Assembly: GCA_965207735.1 (NCBI GenBank)
Contig: OZ242296.1
Coordinates: forward strand, 3,072,001-3,136,000
DNA: 64,000 bases
From: Candidatus Versatilivorator sp.
GTDB taxonomy: Bacteria > Acidobacteriota > Terriglobia > Versatilivoradales > Versatilivoraceae
Direction: 5' to 3'
Below the pieces are notes generated by a model, which was not told where the DNA came from, searched no databases, and saw nothing but the letters and a program-made list of their open reading frames with translations. The translations under genes were made by a program, and so were the position numbers. Shown one piece after another: positions 46,380 through 54,830 of this stretch (positions are counted from its first letter, which is position 1; the number at the start of each line of letters is the position of its first letter).

Positions 46380-48113
46380 ATGGCGGCAAAGCTCGGTGAC
46401 CTGCTGGTCAGAGAAAACCTCATCAGCCGGCAACAGCTCCGGAAGGCCCTGGAGTATCAGCGGGTCCACGGAGGTCGTCTGGGGAATTGCCTGATCCAGT
46501 TGGGATGGGTCACCGGCGAAGACATCAGCGCCATCCTCTGCCGCCAGTTCGGCCTGCCCTCCATCAACCTCCCCTTCTTCCAGGTCGATCCTTCGATCGT
46601 GAAGCTCATTCCGCAGCAGACGGCGCAGAAATACCAGGTACTGCCGCTGAGTCGGGAAGGCTCCACCCTGACCATCGCCACCATCGATCCAACCGACGTC
46701 CTGGCCATGGACGACCTGCAATTCATGACGGGCTTCACCATCGAGCCCCTGGTGGCCGCCGAGTCCGCCATCCGGGAGGCCATCCGGAAGTACTACGGCG
46801 GTGCCGGCCGGACCCTGGAGCCCAAGCAAAGTGTCGGGAAAGCTTCGGTCGAGAGTGTCCCGGCGGCCGTGCGCGAGCCGGGGCGGGATAGTTCCGAGCA
46901 AAGCCCCACCGCCGCGGAAGATTTGAAGCAGGCCGCCCGGGAAGCCCCCGTCGTCAGGCTGGTCAACCGGATCCTGTCGGTCGCCCTGAAACGGGAGGCC
47001 AGCGACATCCATATCGAGCCTTACGAGCGGGAGTTTCGAGTGCGCTTTCGCGTCGACGGTCTCTTGAGCACCGTCATGACCCCTCCCCTGAGCCTGAAAG
47101 ACGCCGTGACCTCCAGAATCAAGATCATGGCCAAGCTGGATATCTCGGAAAAGCGCCTGCCGCAGGATGGCCGAATGAAGATTCGACTGAAGAAGGAGGG
47201 TAGGGGGCAGGACCTCGACGTTCGAGTGTCGGTTCTGCCTACGCTACACGGTGAAAAGGTGGTTCTGCGGCTGCTCGATCGGGACCGCCTGGTCCTGGAC
47301 ATGGCCCGGTTGGGTTTCGAGCCGGAGTCCCTGAGGAGGTTCGAGTCAGCCATCCTGAAGCCCTACGGTATGGTACTGGTGACCGGACCCACCGGAAGCG
47401 GCAAGACCAGCACCCTCTATTCCTCGATCACCCGCTTGAATCGCATGGAAACCAACATCCTGACCGCCGAGGACCCGGTCGAGTTCAACCTGGCGGGGAT
47501 CAACCAGGTTCAGGTCAAGGAGCAAATCGGATTGACCTTCGCCACCGCGCTGCGGGCCTTCCTGCGCCAGGACCCCAACATCGTGCTGGTGGGCGAGGTG
47601 CGGGACCTGGAGACGGCCGAGATCGCCATCAAGGCGGCTCTCACCGGTCACCTGGTGCTCAGCACTCTGCACACCAACGATGCCGCCTCCACCGTCAGCC
47701 GTCTAACCAATATGGGTGTGGAGCCCTTCCTGGTGGCGACCTCGGTCCACTTGATCTGCGCCCAGCGGTTGGTTCGCCGCATTTGCGGGCAGTGCAGGCA
47801 AGCGGCCGAGCCTCCGGTTGAAAGCCTCATCGACGCGGGCTTCGCTCCCTCCGAAGCCTCCCGGATCCCCACCTTTCGAGGACGTGGCTGCGACGCCTGC
47901 AATCACACGGGCTACAAGGGGCGGGTGGGACTCTTCGAGGTGATGGAGATCGGCGACGGCCTCAGGGAACACATTGTGAGGGGCGGGACCTCCGTCCAGC
48001 TCAAGCAGAAGGCCGTCCAGGACGGGATGATCACCCTGCGGGCCAGCGGAATGCAAAAGATCCGGGATGGCGTCACTACCCTGGAAGAGGTCCTGCGCGA
48101 GACAGACAGGTAG
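46380..48113 (+). CDS. pilB: Type IV pilus assembly ATPase PilB
   Basis: N-terminal MshEN-like tandem motif, ASDIHIEP, GPTGSGKTST, LRQDPN, HTND, CxxC...CxxC. Confidence 0.95.
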   Translation: MAAKLGDLLVRENLISRQQLRKALEYQRVHGGRLGNCLIQLGWVTGEDISAILCRQFGLPSINLPFFQVDPSIVKLIPQQTAQKYQVLPLSREGSTLTIATIDPTDVLAMDDLQFMTGFTIEPLVAAESAIREAIRKYYGGAGRTLEPKQSVGKASVESVPAAVREPGRDSSEQSPTAAEDLKQAAREAPVVRLVNRILSVALKREASDIHIEPYEREFRVRFRVDGLLSTVMTPPLSLKDAVTSRIKIMAKLDISEKRLPQDGRMKIRLKKEGRGQDLDVRVSVLPTLHGEKVVLRLLDRDRLVLDMARLGFEPESLRRFESAILKPYGMVLVTGPTGSGKTSTLYSSITRLNRMETNILTAEDPVEFNLAGINQVQVKEQIGLTFATALRAFLRQDPNIVLVGEVRDLETAEIAIKAALTGHLVLSTLHTNDAASTVSRLTNMGVEPFLVATSVHLICAQRLVRRICGQCRQAAEPPVESLIDAGFAPSEASRIPTFRGRGCDACNHTGYKGRVGLFEVMEIGDGLREHIVRGGTSVQLKQKAVQDGMITLRASGMQKIRDGVTTLEEVLRETDR

Positions 48114-48163
48114 CCGCCGCTACCGCGGCCGCAACCGGTTTAGTCCATCTTAGGGAAGACCCC

Positions 48164-49363
48164 ATGCAAACTCCGTCCCTGGCAGAGCTGCTCAAGATAA
48201 TGACCGAAATGGGAGCGTCCGATCTCCACCTCTCCACCGGTACTCCTCCCCATGTGCGAGTAGACGGACGGCTCCGCCCCCTGCGGGAATTCCCGCCCCT
48301 GACGGCCGAGGATACCCGGCGGCTGGCCTACAGCGTGCTGACCCCCAATCAGAAGCAGCAGCTGGAACAACACCTGGAGTTGGACTTCTCCTTTGGAATC
48401 GGAGGGCTGTCGCGGTTTCGAGGCAACTGCTTCAGCCAGCGAGGCGCGGTGGGGGCGGTCTTTCGCGGCATTCCTTTCCGGGTCAGGAGCTTTGACGACC
48501 TCAATCTGCCGGCGGTGCTGAAGACATTCTGCCAAAAGTCCAGGGGCCTCATCCTGGTGACAGGCGCCACCGGCAGCGGCAAGTCCACCACCCTGGCGGC
48601 CATGATCGATCAGATCAACTGCGACCGCCACGCCCATATCCTGACCGTGGAAGACCCCATCGAGTTTCTGCACGACCACAGGAATTGCCTGGTCAACCAG
48701 CGGGAGGTTCACTCCGACACCCGATCCTTTGCGACGGCCTTGCGAGCGGCTTTGCGCCAGGACCCCGACGTGGTGCTGCTTGGTGAGCTGCGCGACCTGG
48801 AGACCATGGAAGCGGCCCTGCGCATCGCCGAGACCGGACACCTCACCCTGGGAACCCTGCATACCCGTTCGGCGGCCTCCACCATCCATCGCGTCATCGA
48901 CCTGTTTCCCGTCCACCAGCAATCCCAGATTCGCGCCCAGCTTTCGCTGGTGTTGGAGGGAGTCGTTTGCCAGGCCCTTCTTCCCCGGGCCAACGTCGCG
49001 GGCCGTGCGCTGGCCATGGAGGTTCTGGTTCCCAATGCGGCCATCCGCAACCTGATCCGAGAGGACAAGGTGCATCAACTGGAATCGGCCATGCAGATGG
49101 GCCGGGGAAAGTATGGAATGCAGACCTTCAACCAGTGCTTGGCCTCTCTGTTCCTGTCCGGACAGATTGAACGCCGGACTGCCCTGGAATACTCGATCAA
49201 TCCGGACGAACTGCGCCAGATGCTCGACAGGGGAAGGCCGGCTGCAATCGGACCGGAAAGGGCTGCACGAGCGGCCGGAGCCGCTTGTCTGAAACAACCT
49301 AAAAAAGACAAAAGAAAAAGAGTTATCCACGAAGGGGCACGAAGAACGACGAAGGGCCACTAA
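48164..49363 (+). CDS. pilT: Type IV pilus retraction ATPase PilT
   Basis: ASDLHL, GATGSGKSTT, EDPIEF, AIRNLIRE, GMQTFNQ; last ~26 codons lie in repeat family B. Confidence 0.95.
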   Translation: MQTPSLAELLKIMTEMGASDLHLSTGTPPHVRVDGRLRPLREFPPLTAEDTRRLAYSVLTPNQKQQLEQHLELDFSFGIGGLSRFRGNCFSQRGAVGAVFRGIPFRVRSFDDLNLPAVLKTFCQKSRGLILVTGATGSGKSTTLAAMIDQINCDRHAHILTVEDPIEFLHDHRNCLVNQREVHSDTRSFATALRAALRQDPDVVLLGELRDLETMEAALRIAETGHLTLGTLHTRSAASTIHRVIDLFPVHQQSQIRAQLSLVLEGVVCQALLPRANVAGRALAMEVLVPNAAIRNLIREDKVHQLESAMQMGRGKYGMQTFNQCLASLFLSGQIERRTALEYSINPDELRQMLDRGRPAAIGPERAARAAGAACLKQPKKDKRKRVIHEGARRTTKGH

Positions 49364-49874
49364 GGCGCTGAGGTTGGCCGCGACGGGATACCAAGTTCGC
49401 GAAGGGGTTGTCGATTTCCGATGGTTTCACTCTCGAATGATCCGCACACCAGGGCGGGGGCCCGGCTTGTCTGAAACAACCTAAAAAGACAAAAGAAAAA
49501 GACATTTCCACGAAGGGGCACGAAGAACGACGAAGGGCCACTAAGGCTCCACCAATCCCCGCTCCGATGGTTTCACTCTCGAATGATCCGCACACCAGGG
49601 CGGGGGCCCGGCTTGTCTGAAACAACCTAAAAAGAGAAAAAGACATTTCCACGAAGGGGCACGAAGAACGACGAAGGGCCACTAAGGCGCGAGGTTGGCC
49701 GCGACGGGGTACCAAGTTCGCGAAGGGTTGATCGATTTCTGATTGTTTCACTCTATGTATGATCCGCACACCAGGGCGGGGGCGGGACTTGCCTGAAACA
49801 ACCTAAAAAAGACAAAAGAAAAAGAGTTATCCACGAAAGGACACGAAGAACGACGAAGGGCCACCAAGGCGCTG
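49283..49874 (+). repeat. Tandem array of repeat family B (3.5 units)
   Basis: Units start at 49283, 49465, 49611, 49787 (182, 146, 176 bp, plus a partial unit), each beginning (G/A)CTTGYCTGAAACAACCT. Confidence 0.95.
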
Positions 49875-50021
49875 GAGAAGGCTCAAGAGGGATGGGGCGA
49901 AGGTCGGCAAGGGGGTCAACGAAGGACGCAAGGGACAAAGCGGATTTGTCCGCGAAGAATCAACAAGGACCGCGGCGGAGCCAGTGGGGAAGCTTCCGAC
50001 CCCATCGTGATTTACAGGGAT

Positions 50022-50174
50022 TATTCACATCGATGCACAGGATTCTTCAGGAAACGGCCAGCTTCTAATGCCGGGAATCCGCAAAGCCGCACCGGATCAT
50101 CGCCCGAGTTGGCTTCTGGTGCAGGAAGCTCTCGTCCTGTTAATCCTGTTAATCCTGTGCATCGATGTTCAATA
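50022..50174. repeat. Inverted-repeat element family C
   Basis: Perfect 18-bp IR ACATCGATGCACAGGATT (50027-44) / AATCCTGTGCATCGATGT (50151-68); 9-mer TCCTGTTAA tandem inside the right arm. Confidence 0.8.
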
Positions 50175-50321
50175 GGTAGAAAACCGTGCTAAGGGAACAG
50201 GGCCCTTGTTCCCGACCGGCTATGAAGATTCGTTGTTTCACTCTCGAATGTTCCGCACGGTAGAGCGGGCAAACTGCTAACCAGCCGGCACAAATACGCC
50301 AAATCACTTCAGGAGAAATCG

Positions 50322-51530
50322 ATGCCGGAATACCTCTATCGCGGAAGGTCGCGGGCCGGAACCGAGGTGCGCGGGCAGCGCCAGGCGGCCTCCAGGCAGG
50401 CATTGGCCAATATGCTGGGAAGAGAGCAGGTCAGCCCGGTGATGATCAGGGAAAAGGGCGGGCGCCGTCTCCTTTCCCGAAGCCGAGGTCGAGTCAAACC
50501 CAAGGAACTGGCGGTTTTCACCCGGCAATTCTCGGTCATGATCGACGCCGGCCTGCCTCTGGTGCAGTGCCTGGAATCCCTGGGGCAACAGCAGGAGAAC
50601 AGCACCTTCCAAAACGTGTTGCAGGCAGTGCGGGAGGACGTCGAGAACGGGACTTCCCTGGCTTCGGCACTGGAGCAACACCCCAAGGTCTTCGATCCCC
50701 TCTACAGCAGCATGGTGGCCGCGGGAGAGGCCGGAGGCATCCTGGACGCCATTCTCCGGAGGCTGTCCACCTACATCGAGAAGGCGGTCAAGTTGAAGCG
50801 CGCGGTGGTGTCCGCCATGGTTTATCCGACCGTGGTCCTGGCGGTCGCCATGGGAATCGTGTTCCTGATCTTGTGGAAGGTAGTGCCACTGTTCGCCACT
50901 CTTTTCACCAGCCTCCAGGCCGAGCTTCCCTGGCCGACCCGGGTGGTCATGGCCGCCAGCCAACTGGTCGGCCATGCCATTCCTTTCCTTGTGCTCGGCG
51001 CCTTCGGGTTCGGCTATACCTTTCGGCGCCTCTACGCGACCCAGGGGGGCCGCCGGGCAATAGACCAGGCCCTGCTGAAGATTCCCATCCTGGGAGGCGT
51101 GATGCGAAAAATCGCCATTTCCAGGTTCTCCAGAACCCTGGCTACGCTTCTCTCGGGCGGAGTACCCATCCTGGAGTCTCTGGCCATCACTGCCAGGACG
51201 GCGGGCAACGCCCTGGTGGAGGAAGCCGTCTTCAAGACGCGCGGCGCCGTTCAGGAGGGCAAGTCCATGGCTGAGACTCTCCGGTATTCCCCGGTGTTTC
51301 CTCCCATTGTCACCCAGATGGTGGGAGTCGGGGAACAGACGGGCGCCTTGGACGCCATGTTGACCAAGTTGGCCGAGTTCTATGAAGACGAGGTCGACGC
51401 CGCCGTTTCCGACCTGTTGACCTCCCTGGAGCCTCTGCTGATCCTGCTGTTGGGCCTGATAGTCGGTGGGATCGTCATTTCCATGTACCTGCCGCTTTTC
51501 TCGCTGATCGCCAGGCTGTCCATGGTATAG
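50322..51530 (+). CDS. pilC: Type IV pilus platform protein PilC (T2SS F family)
   Basis: FTRQFSVMIDAGLPLVQCL, AGEAGGILD, SAMVYP, GEQTGALDAML, MYLPLF; AGGAG RBS. Confidence 0.95.
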   Translation: MPEYLYRGRSRAGTEVRGQRQAASRQALANMLGREQVSPVMIREKGGRRLLSRSRGRVKPKELAVFTRQFSVMIDAGLPLVQCLESLGQQQENSTFQNVLQAVREDVENGTSLASALEQHPKVFDPLYSSMVAAGEAGGILDAILRRLSTYIEKAVKLKRAVVSAMVYPTVVLAVAMGIVFLILWKVVPLFATLFTSLQAELPWPTRVVMAASQLVGHAIPFLVLGAFGFGYTFRRLYATQGGRRAIDQALLKIPILGGVMRKIAISRFSRTLATLLSGGVPILESLAITARTAGNALVEEAVFKTRGAVQEGKSMAETLRYSPVFPPIVTQMVGVGEQTGALDAMLTKLAEFYEDEVDAAVSDLLTSLEPLLILLLGLIVGGIVISMYLPLFSLIARLSMV

Positions 51531-51618
51531 GGCTTCGAGAAATCCAGGTTATCCGTTGACATGGCAACCATCCTCGTATATCAACTCGGAGATCCTCATT
51601 GAGACGCTTCAGAAACTC

Positions 51619-52017
51619 ATGTTCTTCATACTACTGGCCATCACATTCCTTATTGCTTTGGCGGTGTCCTACGGCGTGGTGCGGCTCTTCGACCGGCCTG
51701 TCGCTTCAATACTCGATCGGATCGTAGCTGAGGATTTGGGCGGGGCATGGCACCGCTACATCAAGTTCGCGGCCTACGTTGTCGGCATCTCGTCAGGCGT
51801 TCGCATCCACCAGTTGGAACGGTACATCTCGGCGCCCCAGAAGGATAAGGAGGTTTTGGTCCTCACGTCGGAACGGTGGACCCTGGAGGTCTATCGGACC
51901 ATCATCGAGACGCTCCAGGGAATTGCCTGGATGCTCCTTGTGGTCTTTGTGGTGGCGCTGGTGGCATATGTATTTGCAAGGGGCTTCGAGCTGAAACAAG
52001 GCCGATCAAAATCTTGA
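51619..52017 (+). CDS. Small hypothetical membrane protein
   Basis: 132 aa with 2-3 hydrophobic segments. Confidence 0.7.
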   Translation: MFFILLAITFLIALAVSYGVVRLFDRPVASILDRIVAEDLGGAWHRYIKFAAYVVGISSGVRIHQLERYISAPQKDKEVLVLTSERWTLEVYRTIIETLQGIAWMLLVVFVVALVAYVFARGFELKQGRSKS

Positions 52018-52041
52018 CAGTTTAGGTAGTTTCCGTATACT
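52014..52041 (+). promoter_or_regulatory. Sigma70 promoter of csp
   Basis: TTGACA-16nt-TATACT, implying a ~165-nt 5' UTR. Confidence 0.65.
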
Positions 52042-52213
52042 TTCGCATCTGTTGTAATGTTTTTAGGGATTTGAGAATTCAAGCATGTCGAAAATGAGGT
52101 TGTTCCCCCTGGCGGTTCGTTTGTCTGAAGGCTCCCCTTTTTTTCGAGGCTTCTTCAAGTTGTAAAAACATCTACGACACCCTCCCCATGATTCGAAAGG
52201 AGTCTCGAAGCCC

Positions 52214-52441
52214 ATGAGTAGAGAGACCGGAAAAGTCAAATGGTTCAACAACTCCAAGGGTTACGGCTTTATTGAGCGCAGTCAGGGCGGCGACGTCTTT
52301 GTCCACCACACTGCGATTCAGGCCGAGGGCTACCGCACCCTGGAAGAAGGACAGTCAGTGGAATTCGCCGTCGTGCAGGGACCCAAGGGTCTGCAGGCAC
52401 AGGAAGTGTCCATAGCCGACGAAGAAGACCCAGGCGTGTAG
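52214..52441 (+). CDS. Cold-shock protein (CspA family)
   Basis: GKVKWFN, KGYGFI (RNP1), DVFVH (RNP2); AAAGGAG RBS. Confidence 0.96.
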   Translation: MSRETGKVKWFNNSKGYGFIERSQGGDVFVHHTAIQAEGYRTLEEGQSVEFAVVQGPKGLQAQEVSIADEEDPGV

Positions 52442-52469
52442 ACTGTATTCCCTCAAGACGTGGTATTCC

Positions 52470-52508
52470 CGCCCTGAAGCCGGACCGGCTTCAGGGCGTT
52501 TTGTTTTT
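52470..52508 (+). terminator. Intrinsic terminator of csp
   Basis: CGCCCTGAAGCCGGACCGGCTTCAGGGCG hairpin followed by TTTTGTTTTT. Confidence 0.85.
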
Positions 52509-52550
52509 GGGTGGACCTGCCGGGCAGCGACTACCCCTCTTGGTTCACTT

Positions 52551-52677
52551 GCCCGCATTTCTCACCACGGCGCGCCCAGCGCAGTCTGTAGCCGCAGATC
52601 CCTTGAATGGCGCCAATCAAGGTACTGAAGATAAACCGCTTTTCACTATGCATTCAGCGACCTGGTGAGAAAAAGGC
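52551..52677. mobile_element. MITE family A, internally deleted and diverged copy 3
   Basis: GCCCGCATTTCTCACCA ... CCCAGCGCAGTCTGT ... TGAAGATAAAC ... CAGCGACCTGGTGAGAAA; 127 bp; lacks the inner hairpin. Confidence 0.8.
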
Positions 52678-52731
52678 TAGCGGACTCTGCCACGGTTTTT
52701 CCTCACCTCCCTGAACTCGGTTGCCGTAGCC

Positions 52732-53442
52732 ATGATCATGCCCCCCGGCGTTGACCTTGCCAGAATCGCCGACCTGCGCCGCCTGCAGGCAGAGATTCCC
52801 GAATGCCGTCTGTGCCCTCGTTTGAATGCCTGGCGCGACCGGACCGCTCGAGACAAGGTGGCCCGATTCCGGCATTGGGACTATTGGGGTCGACCCGTGC
52901 CAAGCCTGGGGCGAGACGACGCCCGCCTGTTGGTGGTGGGACTGGCTCCGGCGGCACACGGGGCAAACCGAACCGGCCGCATGTTTACCGGAGACCGAAG
53001 CGGGGAGTGGCTCTATGGCGCCCTTTATCGACATGGCTTTGCCAGCCATCCCCAATCCAGCCACCGACACGATCCTCTGAGACTGATTGACTGCTACATC
53101 ACTGCCGTCATCCACTGCGCTCCTCCGTCCAACAAGCCCAGCCAGCAGGAGATCCGGAATTGTCGTCCCTACCTGCAATTCGAATGGGAGCAGTTGACCC
53201 GGGTGCGGGTGGTGCTGGCGTTGGGCCGGATCGCTTTCGATAACGTCTGGGACACTCACCGCGGAAACAGCCGCAAGGGGCGTCCCCGCTTCGGACATGG
53301 CATCGAGGTCCCCCTGGGCGACGACCGCCTGCTGCTGGCGTCCTTTCACCCCAGCCAGCAGAACACCTTTACCGGGAGGCTGACCCAACCCATGTTCGAT
53401 TCCGTCTTCCGGAGAATTCGGCAGGTGATCGATGCCCAGTGA
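52732..53442 (+). CDS. Uracil-DNA glycosylase family 5 (UdgB-like, Fe-S)
   Basis: [41 protein letters not shown]. Confidence 0.92.
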   Translation: MIMPPGVDLARIADLRRLQAEIPECRLCPRLNAWRDRTARDKVARFRHWDYWGRPVPSLGRDDARLLVVGLAPAAHGANRTGRMFTGDRSGEWLYGALYRHGFASHPQSSHRHDPLRLIDCYITAVIHCAPPSNKPSQQEIRNCRPYLQFEWEQLTRVRVVLALGRIAFDNVWDTHRGNSRKGRPRFGHGIEVPLGDDRLLLASFHPSQQNTFTGRLTQPMFDSVFRRIRQVIDAQ

Positions 53443-53506
53443 TAGAATGGCGGAGCTTCTCCTGAAATATCCGACCTGAAGCTGTCCCTCCCAGGGAGAT
53501 GGAGCC

Positions 53507-54778
53507 TTGAAGAAAAATTCGCTCGACGACCAAAAACTGCCGCGGCGTTCCCTGCTCAAGGGCACCGCCGGAATGATCGGGTTGGGTGCGACCCAGGCTG
53601 CCGCATCGGGAGGCGCACCCTCAACCGCCACCGCCTCTCCCGTGGGGCCCAAGGGAGCACGCGCCCGGGAACTCATGCGCATCACCCGGTTGGAGACCTT
53701 TCTGGTGAAGCCCCGCTGGCTGTTCCTGAAGATCCACACCAATGCGGGCATCGCCGGCTGGGGAGAACCGATCCTGGAGGGCCGGGCCCGGACCTGCGCC
53801 ACCGCCATCCAAGAGTTGGAATCCTACCTGATCGGCAAGGACCCGCGGGCGGTGGCCCACCACTGGCAGGCGATCTACCGTCATGCCTTCTATCGCGGAG
53901 GTCCCATTCTCACCAGCGCACTGAGCGGCATCGATCAGGCGCTTTGGGATATCAAGGGCCAGGCCCTGCAGGTTCCCGTTTACGAGTTGCTGGGGGGGCC
54001 GACCCGGCAGCGGATACGAGTGTATGCCCATGCCGGCACCCCCGAGGCATTGAAGGAAAAAATGCAGCAGGGGTTTACGGCCTTCAAGACGGGGCCGGCC
54101 AAGAAACGCCCTGCCCGCCCGGTGGAAACCCCTCAATTCGTGGACCACGCCGCCGAGAAATTCGCCGAATTGCGCCAGGCCGCCGGGCCGGAGGGAGATA
54201 TCGGCATCGATTTTCACGGGGCCATTTCCCCCCAGACGGCCAAACTGCTCATCAAGGCGCTGGAACCCTACCAGCCCATGTTCATCGAAGAGCCGGTCAA
54301 TTGCCAGAACGTGGAGGTCATGGCCGATATCGCCAGGGGCACCCACTTACCCATCGCCACCGGGGAGCGCATCTTCACCAAGTGGGGTTTCAGGGAAATT
54401 CTGGAGAAGGGAGCGGCTTCGATCCTGCAACCCGACCTGTGCCATGCCGGAGGAATTACCGAGGTTCGCCTCATTGCGGGAATGGCGGAGGCCCACTACG
54501 CCACGCTGGCCCCCCACAATCCTTTGGGACCCATTTCCCTGGCCGCCGGACTGCAGATCGCGGCCTCGATTCCCAACTTTCTTTGCCAGGAGCAGGTAAG
54601 CCTGGGCGAGGGCTATCTCAAGAATCCCTTCCAGGTCCGGGAGGGCTACATCGATCTGCCGAAGGGTCCGGGGCTGGGGATTGAAATCGACGAGGAAGCC
54701 CTGGCTTCGAAGATCGGCCACGACTGGCACAATCCGGAAACCTACGACGCCGACGACGGCTCGGTAGTGGATTGGTAA
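53507..54778 (+). CDS. dgoD: Galactonate dehydratase-like enolase-superfamily enzyme with Tat-like leader
   Basis: PRWLFLKIHT, GWGEP, FYRGGP, SGIDQALWDIKG, DFHG, FIEEP, HNPLGPI, DGSVVDW. Confidence 0.88.
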   Translation: MKKNSLDDQKLPRRSLLKGTAGMIGLGATQAAASGGAPSTATASPVGPKGARARELMRITRLETFLVKPRWLFLKIHTNAGIAGWGEPILEGRARTCATAIQELESYLIGKDPRAVAHHWQAIYRHAFYRGGPILTSALSGIDQALWDIKGQALQVPVYELLGGPTRQRIRVYAHAGTPEALKEKMQQGFTAFKTGPAKKRPARPVETPQFVDHAAEKFAELRQAAGPEGDIGIDFHGAISPQTAKLLIKALEPYQPMFIEEPVNCQNVEVMADIARGTHLPIATGERIFTKWGFREILEKGAASILQPDLCHAGGITEVRLIAGMAEAHYATLAPHNPLGPISLAAGLQIAASIPNFLCQEQVSLGEGYLKNPFQVREGYIDLPKGPGLGIEIDEEALASKIGHDWHNPETYDADDGSVVDW

Positions 54779-54830
54779 AAAAACAGCCAGGACGCCGCCG
54801 GCGCACACAACGCTCGCGTCTTCGCCCTGT

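Noticed and set aside
35460-49360. Long minus-strand ORFs (35460..37079, 38467..40020, 40856..42124, 48140..49360)
   Set aside because: Antisense to well-supported genes, typical of high-GC codon bias; no motifs.
49424-49800. CRISPR array (GTTTCA...TGAAAC-bounded repeats)
   Set aside because: The bounded segment is ~54 bp, the intervening 90-130 bp are largely identical to each other rather than unique spacers, and there are no cas genes in the window.
49283-49874. Integron attC cassette array
   Set aside because: No clear RYYYAAC...GTTRRRY palindromic sites, no cassette ORFs and no integrase.
50265-50305. c-di-GMP-I riboswitch before pilC (GGGCAAAC)
   Set aside because: The GNRA-capped P2 and GCAAAG/P3 elements are not present in the right arrangement.
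49323-50403. Small ORFs between pilT and pilC (and 60834..61224, 5916..6098)
   Set aside because: They are translations of repeat DNA; frames are not preserved between copies.
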